Below the pieces are notes generated by a model. It searched no databases, was not told the DNA's origin, and saw only the letters and a list, made by a program, of their open reading frames with translations. Of a stretch of 64,000 bases of DNA, positions 19,825-27,896 are shown in pieces (position 1 is the first letter of the stretch; each line of letters starts with the position of its first letter). Made by a program: the position numbers and the translations under genes. The stretch covers positions 14,598 to 78,597 of the IMG/VR virus record IMGVR_UViG_3300028888_000107; one strand, given 5' to 3'. Origin of the DNA: a virus. Lineage: Duplodnaviria; Caudoviricetes.

Positions 19825-20286
19825 TTAGTTATATCTTCTTTCGTACATCCCTTTAGGTGCTTCAAGAGCTAACCCTTTTTCTATCAAACCATTGTAATCA
19901 AGATGACTTTTGTTGTAAAATTGCACCATTTCGTACGTCCTTTTCGCAACTGCTTTTTGAAGAAGATGTCTTCTTTCATTATCGTCTTTTATTTGTTGGA
20001 CTTTTTTGACCAAAGTTTCTAAAAATTCACTCTCTATATCTGAAAAAACTTTTTGTTCATCCTCTGTCATACTTGACATCGGACGTAGATAGGGAATATA
20101 GTTATCCGAATAAGTGGAACCCATTTCATCCGTGAAATAGAAATTACCGTCTTCAAACATTCCAGACAATTTCATATCTTCTTCCACTAATCTACCATCC
20201 TTCTTATGTACAACACTACATATTACCCTATAAGGAAACATTGCGCATAAGAGTTTATTTAAAAGTTCTTTTTCTTCTTTATTCAT
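19825..20286 (-). CDS. phage family protein (EEKE.L.K.LC...PYLRPMSSMT...HLDYNGLI..GLALEAP.GMY)
   Basis: Paralog of 21993-22388 and of both ends of 24377-25051. Confidence 0.75.
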   Translation of the reverse strand: MNKEEKELLNKLLCAMFPYRVICSVVHKKDGRLVEEDMKLSGMFEDGNFYFTDEMGSTYSDNYIPYLRPMSSMTEDEQKVFSDIESEFLETLVKKVQQIKDDNERRHLLQKAVAKRTYEMVQFYNKSHLDYNGLIEKGLALEAPKGMYERRYN

Positions 20287-20470
20287 ACCTATATGGTTTT
20301 ATTGTATAATATTCATCAGCATAATCATAAGGGTATCTTTTCATTTCTTCGCATTTTTTATGCAATGCCAATTTTGCCGCATTGTGCGATGGAAATGATT
20401 CAACAAACACCCCGTTGCAATACATAGCCCAAGGTTTTGGTTCGTACAATTTTTCTTTTTTATTGTTCAT
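20279..20470 (-). CDS. hypothetical protein
   Basis: Start set at MNNKKEKLY. Confidence 0.55.
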   Translation of the reverse strand: MNNKKEKLYEPKPWAMYCNGVFVESFPSHNAAKLALHKKCEEMKRYPYDYADEYYTIKPYRYE

Positions 20471-20726
20471 TTTCATTTTCACCATCAACAATTTCACACA
20501 ATATAACATCATAATCATCAAAACAAGATGTGCTATGAACCATTATTTCGTTACCGCAATCTGGACAAATTACATAATCTTTACACAAAGGACGACTATG
20601 CAACAGGTCACCGTTACAGTAAGCATCTTTATCAACAAAAGAAAACACACAGCCGCATTCATCGCATCTTGTTGTTATTTCTTTGCCTTTAGGCATTTGG
20701 TTCCCGTGTTTTACCACTTTAATCAT
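20460..20726 (-). CDS. small zinc-ribbon protein
   Basis: CDECG...ICPDCG. Confidence 0.65.
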   Translation of the reverse strand: MIKVVKHGNQMPKGKEITTRCDECGCVFSFVDKDAYCNGDLLHSRPLCKDYVICPDCGNEIMVHSTSCFDDYDVILCEIVDGENENEQ

Positions 20727-20775
20727 AATTTTTGTTTATATTGTAAAAATTTGTTTAGACATATATTTTAGCCCG

Positions 20776-21027
20776 CTATAACTTTTTGCTTTTTTGTTCG
20801 CAAAAGTTTTTAAAAGCACCAACAAAACAATCAATCATAAGGGGTGTCATTTCGCTATACGTTGGCAAATTATCCATTAACCAATCACATGCACCATCAA
20901 CGTCAAAAAGCCCGTTTCTGGGGTGTCTGTCCGCCCACTCAACACCCTTTTCGAAACAGGCTGCCCTTCCCATTTTTGTTGAGTAAACAAACTTGGATAA
21001 CTTTTTTACATTTTCTTTTCTTGCCAT
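20776..21027 (-). CDS. hypothetical protein, tandem paralog of 21006-21275
   Basis: G..WAD.HP..GL.D.D.AC.WL...F.G.FKNFCE shared. Confidence 0.65.
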   Translation of the reverse strand: MARKENVKKLSKFVYSTKMGRAACFEKGVEWADRHPRNGLFDVDGACDWLMDNLPTYSEMTPLMIDCFVGAFKNFCEQKSKKL

Positions 21028-21275
21028 AATTCTTTGTTTCTTATTTCGCAAAAGTTTTTAAATCCTCCCACAAAGTATTCAACGGCTGTTATTGGCATTA
21101 AATTGTACGCCTTTAAACTATCAATTAGCCAAAGGCAAGCAGCATCAATATCAACAAGCCCGCTTTTTGGATGTTCATCTGCCCATTTAATACCTTGACG
21201 ATATGACTCTTTATCTACACCCGCTTTTAGGAATGCGTCACGTGTTGCCAAATTAATTTCATCTTCCCTTGTCAT
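21006..21275 (-). CDS. hypothetical protein, tandem paralog of 20776-21027
   Basis: Shared motif as above. Confidence 0.65.
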   Translation of the reverse strand: MTREDEINLATRDAFLKAGVDKESYRQGIKWADEHPKSGLVDIDAACLWLIDSLKAYNLMPITAVEYFVGGFKNFCEIRNKELWQEKKM

Positions 21276-21278
21276 AGT

Positions 21279-21380
21279 TTACCGATAAATGTAATCATAA
21301 TAGTTGTAGGCAAACCCCGTCCAAAAATAGCGGTAGCCGTTCCAAACCAAATCACCGTTGCAAGCAGTATAAATGCACAT
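21279..21380 (-). CDS. 33-aa aromatic-rich peptide
   Basis: MCIYTACNGDLVWNGYRYFWTGFAYNYYDYIYR*, fills the gap exactly (3 nt from each neighbour). Confidence 0.45.
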   Translation of the reverse strand: MCIYTACNGDLVWNGYRYFWTGFAYNYYDYIYR

Positions 21381-21383
21381 AAC

Positions 21384-21623
21384 CTACTTCTTTGTTTGTT
21401 GTTCGCAAATCTTTTGAATTAGTTCCTCCTGTTCCTTTTTGCGTCTTTCTTCGCAATACTTGCAGTTTCCCTTGTGTGCAAGTTTGTATCCGGTGCTAAT
21501 GTATTCGCAATTATCAATTACAACAATTTTACCGCCCCACGGAATATTGTTGTAACTTGTACCAACTTGATAGCATCCCGTTAACAACATTGAAATCAAA
21601 ATAAAAACCATTATCTTTTTCAT
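21384..21623 (-). CDS. lipoprotein
   Basis: MKKIMVFILISMLLTGC lipobox. Confidence 0.7.
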   Translation of the reverse strand: MKKIMVFILISMLLTGCYQVGTSYNNIPWGGKIVVIDNCEYISTGYKLAHKGNCKYCEERRKKEQEELIQKICEQQTKK

Positions 21624-21627
21624 ACCT

Positions 21628-21930
21628 TTAATTTTTAAGGTTTTTGCTATTTTTTCTTTTTTGCAGCCAATCTATGATTTTAAACGATACCTTTGCAAGA
21701 ATAATGACCAATGCCACATACAACGCCACATTAAGCAGTATAAGGCAACCAAACAAAACAAGGTTTGGTTCAAGTTTCAAAATTTTGTATTGCAAAAACA
21801 CAAACAAAGCGGTTGCGATACAAAACGAAACAACAACACCCAAGCATCCACGCATTTCATCTTTGTTGTGCGGGTTTAAGTCAGGTATGTCATCGGGGTT
21901 ATAGGAAGCCCAAGGAAACACAGGTATCAT
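21628..21930 (-). CDS. membrane protein
   Basis: Two hydrophobic helices and a basic C-tail. Confidence 0.65.
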   Translation of the reverse strand: MIPVFPWASYNPDDIPDLNPHNKDEMRGCLGVVVSFCIATALFVFLQYKILKLEPNLVLFGCLILLNVALYVALVIILAKVSFKIIDWLQKRKNSKNLKN

Positions 21931-21992
21931 ATTGTTTGCTTTTATTCGGTTAAATCAAGAAAATGTTCAACAAAGTTGGGTATTTCGCCAAA

Positions 21993-22388
21993 TTAGTACA
22001 TTCCCTCAGGTGCTTCCAATGCCAACCCCATTGCAATTAAGCCGTTGTAATCAAGGTGGTGTTCGTTGCAATAGTGAATGAACTCAGCCATTTGTCCCCA
22101 AGCGGCAGGCGACCAACCATCGCCATAGTTTTCGTTTTCAATAATGTTTAGGCATTGTTGAAAATTATCCCTTTCTTCTTGTGTCATACTTGACATTGGA
22201 CGCAAGTATGGTTTAAACTGTTCACCAACGTGGCAGGTCAATCCCCCGTTTGTAACAATAAACGGGTATTCGGAAAGGCAGATTGTTTTGATTGTGTCGA
22301 TTTTCTTTCCGAGAGCCAATCCCTTGACACCGTACTGTGCTGTTTCGCACAGCGATTTCAGTAATATTTCTTTTTCTTCTTTTGACAT
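21993..22388 (-). CDS. phage family protein (paralog of 19825-20286)
   Basis: MSKEEKEILLKSLC...KPYLRPMSSMT...HLDYNGLIAMGLALEAPEGMY. Confidence 0.75.
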   Translation of the reverse strand: MSKEEKEILLKSLCETAQYGVKGLALGKKIDTIKTICLSEYPFIVTNGGLTCHVGEQFKPYLRPMSSMTQEERDNFQQCLNIIENENYGDGWSPAAWGQMAEFIHYCNEHHLDYNGLIAMGLALEAPEGMY

Positions 22389-22399
22389 ATTTTTGTGTT

Positions 22400-22579
22400 T
22401 TAATTTTGGCTAATTGCAAACAAGTTTTTCCATCCAAAAAGGGTTAGTTTTTGTCCAACCGCTTTTTCTATGTTTGGACTAAATTGGCAAAACGTGGCAT
22501 TGTAATCCAAGTCTTCATAATCTTCGTAATAATGCTTTCTTGTTAAGCCGCATTTTGTTGTTACAACAAGTCTATACAT
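22400..22579 (-). CDS. small hypothetical protein (59 aa)
   Basis: MYRLVVTTKCGLTRKHYYEDY...AISQN*, fills the gap. Confidence 0.55.
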   Translation of the reverse strand: MYRLVVTTKCGLTRKHYYEDYEDLDYNATFCQFSPNIEKAVGQKLTLFGWKNLFAISQN

Positions 22580-22583
22580 ATTG

Positions 22584-23078
22584 CTATTTTTTAATTTTGT
22601 ACTTTAAATTTTCAAATTTCATTCTTATATTACCCAAAACAGTAATACGCCATTCGTCTAACTTGTACAAAAAACGGTTAAGTTTAACACCTGCCTTGTG
22701 CCACCACCAAACCTTAAACTTAAGCAGTTTGCTTCTTTGTCTGTAAAGTTCGTTGTAAGTTAGTTCACACTTGATATAATCACCCTTTGAAACATATCTG
22801 TATTGCTTTAAGCCCTTGGGGGGTTCGTTTGGGTCGCACTTTTCTTCATAAGTTCTAAACCTAACAGGAATAAGCATTAGTTTTCTCATTCCAAAATGTC
22901 CAGAAAATCCCCAACCATAACAATGCCGGCATTTTATGCACACATTGCTGCCAACACAAATTTGGGAAGAATATTCCGAACCATCTGCACGTTTGTGGGA
23001 AACTTGCTCGTTAAACGGGCAAAGTTGCTCAAGTTCTCCATCAAAACTATTGTTATCTTCTGTATAGTAAATTTTCAT
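22584..23078 (-). CDS. hypothetical Cys-containing protein
   Basis: 164-aa ORF, CVGS..CIKCRHC. Confidence 0.65.
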   Translation of the reverse strand: MKIYYTEDNNSFDGELEQLCPFNEQVSHKRADGSEYSSQICVGSNVCIKCRHCYGWGFSGHFGMRKLMLIPVRFRTYEEKCDPNEPPKGLKQYRYVSKGDYIKCELTYNELYRQRSKLLKFKVWWWHKAGVKLNRFLYKLDEWRITVLGNIRMKFENLKYKIKK

Positions 23079-23086
23079 AACTTTAC

Positions 23087-23362
23087 TTATTTAATTTCTT
23101 TGCCGCACATAGGGCAATACTTAACTGGAATGTAAATGTGGGTTACGCGCCTTTTATCATCGGCAAAGTAAACCTCAATGGTTGATACATAGCCATCCTC
23201 CTCGTGTGTTCTTTTGGATATTGGAGTGGGAGGTATAATGCTTGCCATAACTTCCCAATCTCCAATATCGTTGCTATCTGTTTTTGTTGGCAACAATTCA
23301 CGATACTTGTGTTTGTAGGCATCCATTTTATCGGATGTAAGGGCTTCACAATATTTGCACAT
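23087..23362 (-). CDS. small zinc-finger protein
   Basis: MCKYC...YCPMCG. Confidence 0.7.
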   Translation of the reverse strand: MCKYCEALTSDKMDAYKHKYRELLPTKTDSNDIGDWEVMASIIPPTPISKRTHEEDGYVSTIEVYFADDKRRVTHIYIPVKYCPMCGKEIK

Positions 23363-23365
23363 AGT

Positions 23366-23737
23366 TTATTGGTTTTTTTCGTTTACAATTTCAAAATTAA
23401 ATGCCATTTTGGGGCATACATAATTTTCAAGGTCTTTCCTGCCAACTATTTCTGAAAGTTTTGCAACAATGTTTTGGGCAAAGCAAACCGAAATTTCTCG
23501 GTAAAGGGAATAGGTGGAAACACTGCTCATATCATATAACTTCGTGTTTACGGTGTTGTATTTGACACTGTTGGTTTTTGTGAACACAATTTCAATTTCT
23601 TTGTTAAGTGTGTTTATATCGCACATGGCAACGCATACATTATCGTTTACCTTGCTAACCGAGTATTTGTAGTCTGGCGATTGGTTGTATTCATCACAAA
23701 CCAAGTCAGCAGCCATATAAAGAGCTTCTTGTAACAT
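23366..23737 (-). CDS. hypothetical protein, tandem paralog of 23748-24206
   Basis: L.MAAD..CD..N, E.EI.FT......YNTV, KL.EI.G shared. Confidence 0.65.
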   Translation of the reverse strand: MLQEALYMAADLVCDEYNQSPDYKYSVSKVNDNVCVAMCDINTLNKEIEIVFTKTNSVKYNTVNTKLYDMSSVSTYSLYREISVCFAQNIVAKLSEIVGRKDLENYVCPKMAFNFEIVNEKNQ

Positions 23738-23747
23738 AACCTTTAAT

Positions 23748-24206
23748 TTATTTTTTCATATAAGACAATTTTGACGATAAATCGTTTGCCATTAAATCAT
23801 CGTTGTTATCCTTAAGCATTTTAAGTTTGCAATCAATGGGAAACTTAACAATGTTATCAACATTATCCTCGCCAATTATTTCGGCAAGTTTTTCGGCGGT
23901 TTTTTGAACAATGCTGTTGATTATGCCTTTGTAAACAACAAAGCCAAATGCATCAATGATTTTGTGTTCGCTTTTAATGTTGCTCCACACATTTGCAATA
24001 ACGGTGTTGTATTGGTCGCAATCGTTTTGCGTAAACTTGATTTCGACCTCCTTTGCAACCAATTCCTTGTTGTACAAGGTTATGCAAACATCGTTATCCC
24101 TTCTATCCGCCAAATGGGAAAAGATGTAGGAATTGTTGATGTTAAGGTAATCGCAAGTTTCATCTGCCGCCATAAAAAGGGCTGCTTGTCTGTCTTTATT
24201 TTCCAT
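23748..24206 (-). CDS. hypothetical protein, tandem paralog of 23366-23737
   Basis: Shared motifs as above. Confidence 0.65.
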   Translation of the reverse strand: MENKDRQAALFMAADETCDYLNINNSYIFSHLADRRDNDVCITLYNKELVAKEVEIKFTQNDCDQYNTVIANVWSNIKSEHKIIDAFGFVVYKGIINSIVQKTAEKLAEIIGEDNVDNIVKFPIDCKLKMLKDNNDDLMANDLSSKLSYMKK

Positions 24207-24363
24207 ATCCTTTGTTTTTTAATTGTTGTTTTTTCAATTCAATTTCAAGGTACTTTACTTTTTCTTCCAATTCAATGGCACGAGCCTTTAGTTCATCCCT
24301 TTCTTTTATAATTTCAAGCATAATAGCCATTGTGCTTTGGTTTTGCAATTCCTTGTGTTCCAT
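24196..24363 (-). CDS. small coiled-coil protein
   Basis: Start set at MEHKELQ; heptad pattern. Confidence 0.55.
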   Translation of the reverse strand: MEHKELQNQSTMAIMLEIIKERDELKARAIELEEKVKYLEIELKKQQLKNKGYGK

Positions 24364-24376
24364 AATGGCAATGTGT

Positions 24377-25051
24377 TTATTTGTACATATCTTTAGTGGT
24401 TTCCAAGACAAGTCCTTTTTTAATCAATCCATGATAGTTTAAATGGTCACTGCTATCAAAGGCGGACCTTGTGGATTATGTTGCGGTTAAAATTAAACAA
24501 TTCCTCCTTGTTGCAATTGCCCTTAAATCTTCGGCAATTTGCTTTATGTTCATATAGGTGTTTTCCGAGTTGGGGTTGCGGTAGTTACGCATAATGTTAA
24601 TATAGTCAATAACCACAACGTGTATCTTAAACCCTTCCGTATCTTCAATTTGCTTAATGTGATTTTCCAAATCAATGGTGGTGCAACAACTTGTGGGGTA
24701 TTCCTTTATAAAAAGCCTGCCCAACGGGATAAGTTGCTTCCTTCTAAATTCTTGAAGCCTTTTACCCATCCTTTCATCATCATTGGATATACTATCATAA
24801 TCCTTCATATCAATATCCAAAACATTTGCACCTATTCTTTTTATAACCTTTTTGTCACTCATCTCGCAAGTTACAAAAAGAACATTTTTACCGGCTTTCA
24901 TAAAGTTGGCGGCATCGTTGCACAAAAATATTGAGTTAGATAGAATTCGATCAATCGCTGCGAAATCTTGGCAAAACGAATCACCGGTTGGTGTGTGCGG
25001 CACCCTCATGCAAAGGTTTTTTAACAGCCATTCTTTATCTTCTTGTTTCAT
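24377..25051 (-). pseudogene. chimeric gene: phage-family N-terminus + linker + gp41 helicase core fragment + phage-family C-terminus, with internal TAA at 24476-24478
   Basis: MKQEDKEWLLKNLC...SIFLCNDAANF...VVIDYI...ILTAT*STRSAFDSSD-HLNYHGLIKKGLVLETTKDMYK*, one reading frame throughout. Confidence 0.8.
24447..24577. repeat. near-exact dispersed copy of helicase gene segment 63870-64000
   Basis: 129/131 nt identical (differences 24478/63901 and 24566/63989); may extend to about 24936 beyond the window edge. Confidence 0.95.
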
Positions 25052-25059
25052 ACCACTTG

Positions 25060-25142
25060 TTTTTAATTACACCGCAAAAATACAAAACTTTTTAATATAT
25101 GCAACTTTTGCTACAAAAAAGTTATTAACATTGTTATTAACA
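25060..25142 (-). promoter_or_regulatory. early promoter cassette P4
   Basis: TTG-N19-TATTTTTG(25075-82); boxes 25122-30 and 25134-42. Confidence 0.85.
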
Positions 25143-25155
25143 TAACCAAAATTGG

Positions 25156-26505
25156 TTACAATTCAAAAAGGTTACGCAATTTCTCCTCAGGCATATCATA
25201 CAAATCCTTTGGGTTAAATTCAGTGTCGTTAAAGCCACCGGTGTCTGTACACAACTTTCCATCGCACCACTTTTCGGCATATTCAACCATTCTGTCAATT
25301 TGTCGCTTTGTTAACGGCTTATCACGCAGTGCATAGCCACAAGCAACAAGTTCATAGCCCAAAAAGCGTATTTTGCCAAAATGGAAGCGAACCCATCCAG
25401 CCTTATCAATGGCATAGTCCTTGTTGTAATCCTTATCATAGGCAGGGAGGTATTCGCCAACACCATGCTTTTCGTACAAGGCGTCAGCCAATTCAACGTG
25501 TATAAGGGGTGATTCATTCATTCCCATTGCATATACATTGCCATAAGGGTCAATGTATCCCGCCTCCCAATGGTCATCAAAGGTAACGGGTTCCGCAAGG
25601 TCTCTTTTCTTTTGGGTTTCTTTTTTCTTGGCAATTTCCTTGTTGATTTTGTTGGTGTTTGCTTCCATTGCGGTTTCGCCTCTAACCATATCTTCCACCA
25701 CAACATCCGCAACTTTGTTATAACCGTTTTTGTAAAACAACTCGTTTAGTTTATCCAAGTTTTCAACATCGTACAAAAGCAAAAGGTCGTAAAGTTTTTT
25801 AAAGTCCTCGTACTCTTTTTTATAATCGTTGTATTCGTATGATGGTACACTGTCAGGTCCAAACTTAAAGCCAAAGTTTTTTTGAAACCATTCAACCATT
25901 GGGATAAACTTTTCCGAATCTTCAACAAAGGTTTTAAGGCAATCCAAATCCATAAACCTATCATAAATTCTCCTGTTAAACAACGGTTGCGTATCACCGT
26001 GTTCCAAAATGTTTAACGCTTCCCTATCGTTTTCTTTCCAAACCCTTATAATATCCCCTGCTGTTATCTTAATGCTTCCGCTTATCTTTCCAACAGGGAC
26101 GCTAACACCAAAAAGTTCAAGCAAATCTTTATCATCCAAATCAACAGTGTAAACACATTCTTTGGCAAAGGTGTCCATTATTTTTTTTCTTAAAGCATCA
26201 CGGTATTTGTAATCGTTGTTAAAAAGATAATGCTTAACATAGCCAACATAATCGCTTTCGTTGTACATTGAAAGTTCCTCTTGGCTTAACACTTCCTTTT
26301 TGCAAATGCCCATTCTTGTATCGCTTTCTGTTTTAAGAAAAAGTTCGTTTTTAAGAATCGGCAAAACGTATTGTTTTGGAACACCGGAATCCGTCAAGGT
26401 TTTAACAGCCCATTCTGGATTTTTGTCATAATAAAGGTGTTCGTTTGCTATGTTTTGCAAAACAATTCCAAGATTTTCCCCAAGTGTAAAATGCAAGGTT
26501 TCCAT
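25156..26505 (-). CDS. hypothetical protein
   Basis: 449-aa ORF. Confidence 0.75.
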   Translation of the reverse strand: METLHFTLGENLGIVLQNIANEHLYYDKNPEWAVKTLTDSGVPKQYVLPILKNELFLKTESDTRMGICKKEVLSQEELSMYNESDYVGYVKHYLFNNDYKYRDALRKKIMDTFAKECVYTVDLDDKDLLELFGVSVPVGKISGSIKITAGDIIRVWKENDREALNILEHGDTQPLFNRRIYDRFMDLDCLKTFVEDSEKFIPMVEWFQKNFGFKFGPDSVPSYEYNDYKKEYEDFKKLYDLLLLYDVENLDKLNELFYKNGYNKVADVVVEDMVRGETAMEANTNKINKEIAKKKETQKKRDLAEPVTFDDHWEAGYIDPYGNVYAMGMNESPLIHVELADALYEKHGVGEYLPAYDKDYNKDYAIDKAGWVRFHFGKIRFLGYELVACGYALRDKPLTKRQIDRMVEYAEKWCDGKLCTDTGGFNDTEFNPKDLYDMPEEKLRNLFEL

Positions 26506-26518
26506 AACTTTGTTGTTT

Positions 26519-26725
26519 TTAGTCTTTGCTATCTTCGGAAATTAAACAAGGTGCTCCATAATAAACAGCGTTAGGCACTTCTTCAAAATCGGAAACATTG
26601 TAACTGTACTTAAGGCAATCATCCTCACGAACCATAACCCCAAATGCTTCCTCCGGGCTGTTTGCGGCAACAACACACAAACCCCTCCCGCAACTTCTTT
26701 TGGCAATATAAATCTTTGTTTGCAT
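26519..26725 (-). CDS. hypothetical protein
   Basis: Start set at MQTKIY behind a promoter cassette. Confidence 0.6.
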   Translation of the reverse strand: MQTKIYIAKRSCGRGLCVVAANSPEEAFGVMVREDDCLKYSYNVSDFEEVPNAVYYGAPCLISEDSKD

Positions 26726-26818
26726 ATCTTTATTGTTTTTAATTACACCGCAAAAATACAAAAATATTTTATATATGCAACTTTTTATGAAAAAAAGTTA
26801 TTAACAAAGTTATTAACA
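26726..26818 (-). promoter_or_regulatory. early promoter cassette P5
   Basis: TTG-N19-TATTTTTG(26751-58); boxes 26798-806 and 26810-18. Confidence 0.85.
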
Positions 26819-26823
26819 AATTT

Positions 26824-27192
26824 TTATTCGGGATAATAAAGTGTTGTTTTGGGGTAGCCAAACTCTTCAATCTCATCTGCTTGTTTGGAGAGTTTGTATG
26901 CCATAATTTTAAGTCTTTCCGCGGAGTCTCTTAAATGAACAACAAACTTTCTTTTGCCTTCTTCGGTATCAATAAACGGTCCAGATCCTTGGCATCCACA
27001 ACTCCACACACTGTTTTTTCTTGGGTGGTAAACATCGGGGTTTACTTGAATAAATTTGTTTCCATCTTCATCCAAACCATCCTCACTGCCAAACAATTGA
27101 ACTATAATGTTCATTTCACCGTTTGGATGTTTTAGGTTGTCGGGGTTTACCCCAATTTCAATTAGTTGTTCTGTTGTTAAAACATCTTCCAT
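26824..27192 (-). CDS. hypothetical protein
   Basis: 122-aa ORF. Confidence 0.65.
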   Translation of the reverse strand: MEDVLTTEQLIEIGVNPDNLKHPNGEMNIIVQLFGSEDGLDEDGNKFIQVNPDVYHPRKNSVWSCGCQGSGPFIDTEEGKRKFVVHLRDSAERLKIMAYKLSKQADEIEEFGYPKTTLYYPE

Positions 27193-27272
27193 AACTTTAA
27201 TGCTTTAATTACATTGTTGGAAAAAACTCATTTCTTTCCGCATATTCAATGGTTTCTGACAATTTTTTATCT
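27190..27272. repeat. 83-bp direct repeat copy A (encodes orphan DKKLSETIEYAERNEFFPTM* plus next leader)
   Basis: 74/83 identical to 27558-27640 without gaps. Confidence 0.9.
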
Positions 27273-27281
27273 ATTATTTTC

Positions 27282-27560
27282 TTACCAAGAAATTCTCAAT
27301 AAATCCCTATCGTTTTCAAAGACGATTTTTGTTTTATATCCTTTATCATAAAGGGTGTTTTCTATCGCAACCAAAGAGCATTTCAAATGTTCATCATTTT
27401 CATCGAAGAACCAATCACATGAATTAAATCCGCCTTTGGATGATTTGTCTATAAGTTTATATATATCATCAAGATAAATTGACGCCAAATAACTCAAACT
27501 CCCCTGTTCGGTTTGTTTTCGCGCATCATTTGCCGTTATATTCATTTTGCAGTTTTTCAT
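27282..27560 (-). CDS. hypothetical protein in cassette 2
   Basis: Begins MKNCKMN like 27577-27804. Confidence 0.65.
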   Translation of the reverse strand: MKNCKMNITANDARKQTEQGSLSYLASIYLDDIYKLIDKSSKGGFNSCDWFFDENDEHLKCSLVAIENTLYDKGYKTKIVFENDRDLLRISW

Positions 27561-27581
27561 AACTTTATGTTTTTAATTACA
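27538..27581. repeat. 44-bp leader/MKNCKMN repeat, second copy at 27782-27825
   Basis: 43/44 identical. Confidence 0.9.
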
Positions 27582-27640
27582 TTGTTGGAAAAAACCCATT
27601 TTTTTCTGCATATTCAATGGTTTCCGACAATTTTTTGTCT
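27558..27640. repeat. 83-bp direct repeat copy B
   Basis: Encodes DKKLSETIEYAEKNGFFPTM* plus leader of next gene. Confidence 0.9.
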
Positions 27641-27804
27641 TTTGCTTTATCCAACATTTGTTGTTCTTTCCATTTAGCCATATCAATTAAGGCATCATAT
27701 ACATCCTGAGCAAGGTCTTTGTTATGGTGGTTTATGTCGCACCACTTTTGAACCAATTCCTTTGCCTTTTGTTCATCCGTCATATTCATTTTGCAATTTT
27801 TCAT
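27577..27804 (-). CDS. hypothetical protein in cassette 1
   Basis: MKNCKMN + MTDEQKAKEL core + DKKLSETIEYAEKNGFFPTM. Confidence 0.65.
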   Translation of the reverse strand: MKNCKMNMTDEQKAKELVQKWCDINHHNKDLAQDVYDALIDMAKWKEQQMLDKAKDKKLSETIEYAEKNGFFPTM

Positions 27805-27896
27805 AACTTTATGTTTTTAATTACACCGCAAAAATACAAAACTTTTTAATATATGCAACCACTTAAACAAAAAAGTTATTAACAAACTTATCAACA
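27805..27896 (-). promoter_or_regulatory. early promoter cassette P6
   Basis: TTG-N19-TATTTTTG(27829-36); boxes 27876-84 and TTATCAACA 27888-96. Confidence 0.85.

Noticed and set aside
24447-24577. Helicase duplicate as a DGR template/variable repeat pair
   Set aside because: Only two differences, not adenine-specific on one strand; the target is not a ligand-binding C-terminus; no reverse transcriptase in the window.
27190-27896. CRISPR array
   Set aside because: Repeats are 44-83 bp and protein-coding, with gene-sized intervals; no cas genes; no 25-45 bp regularly spaced repeats seen anywhere in the window.
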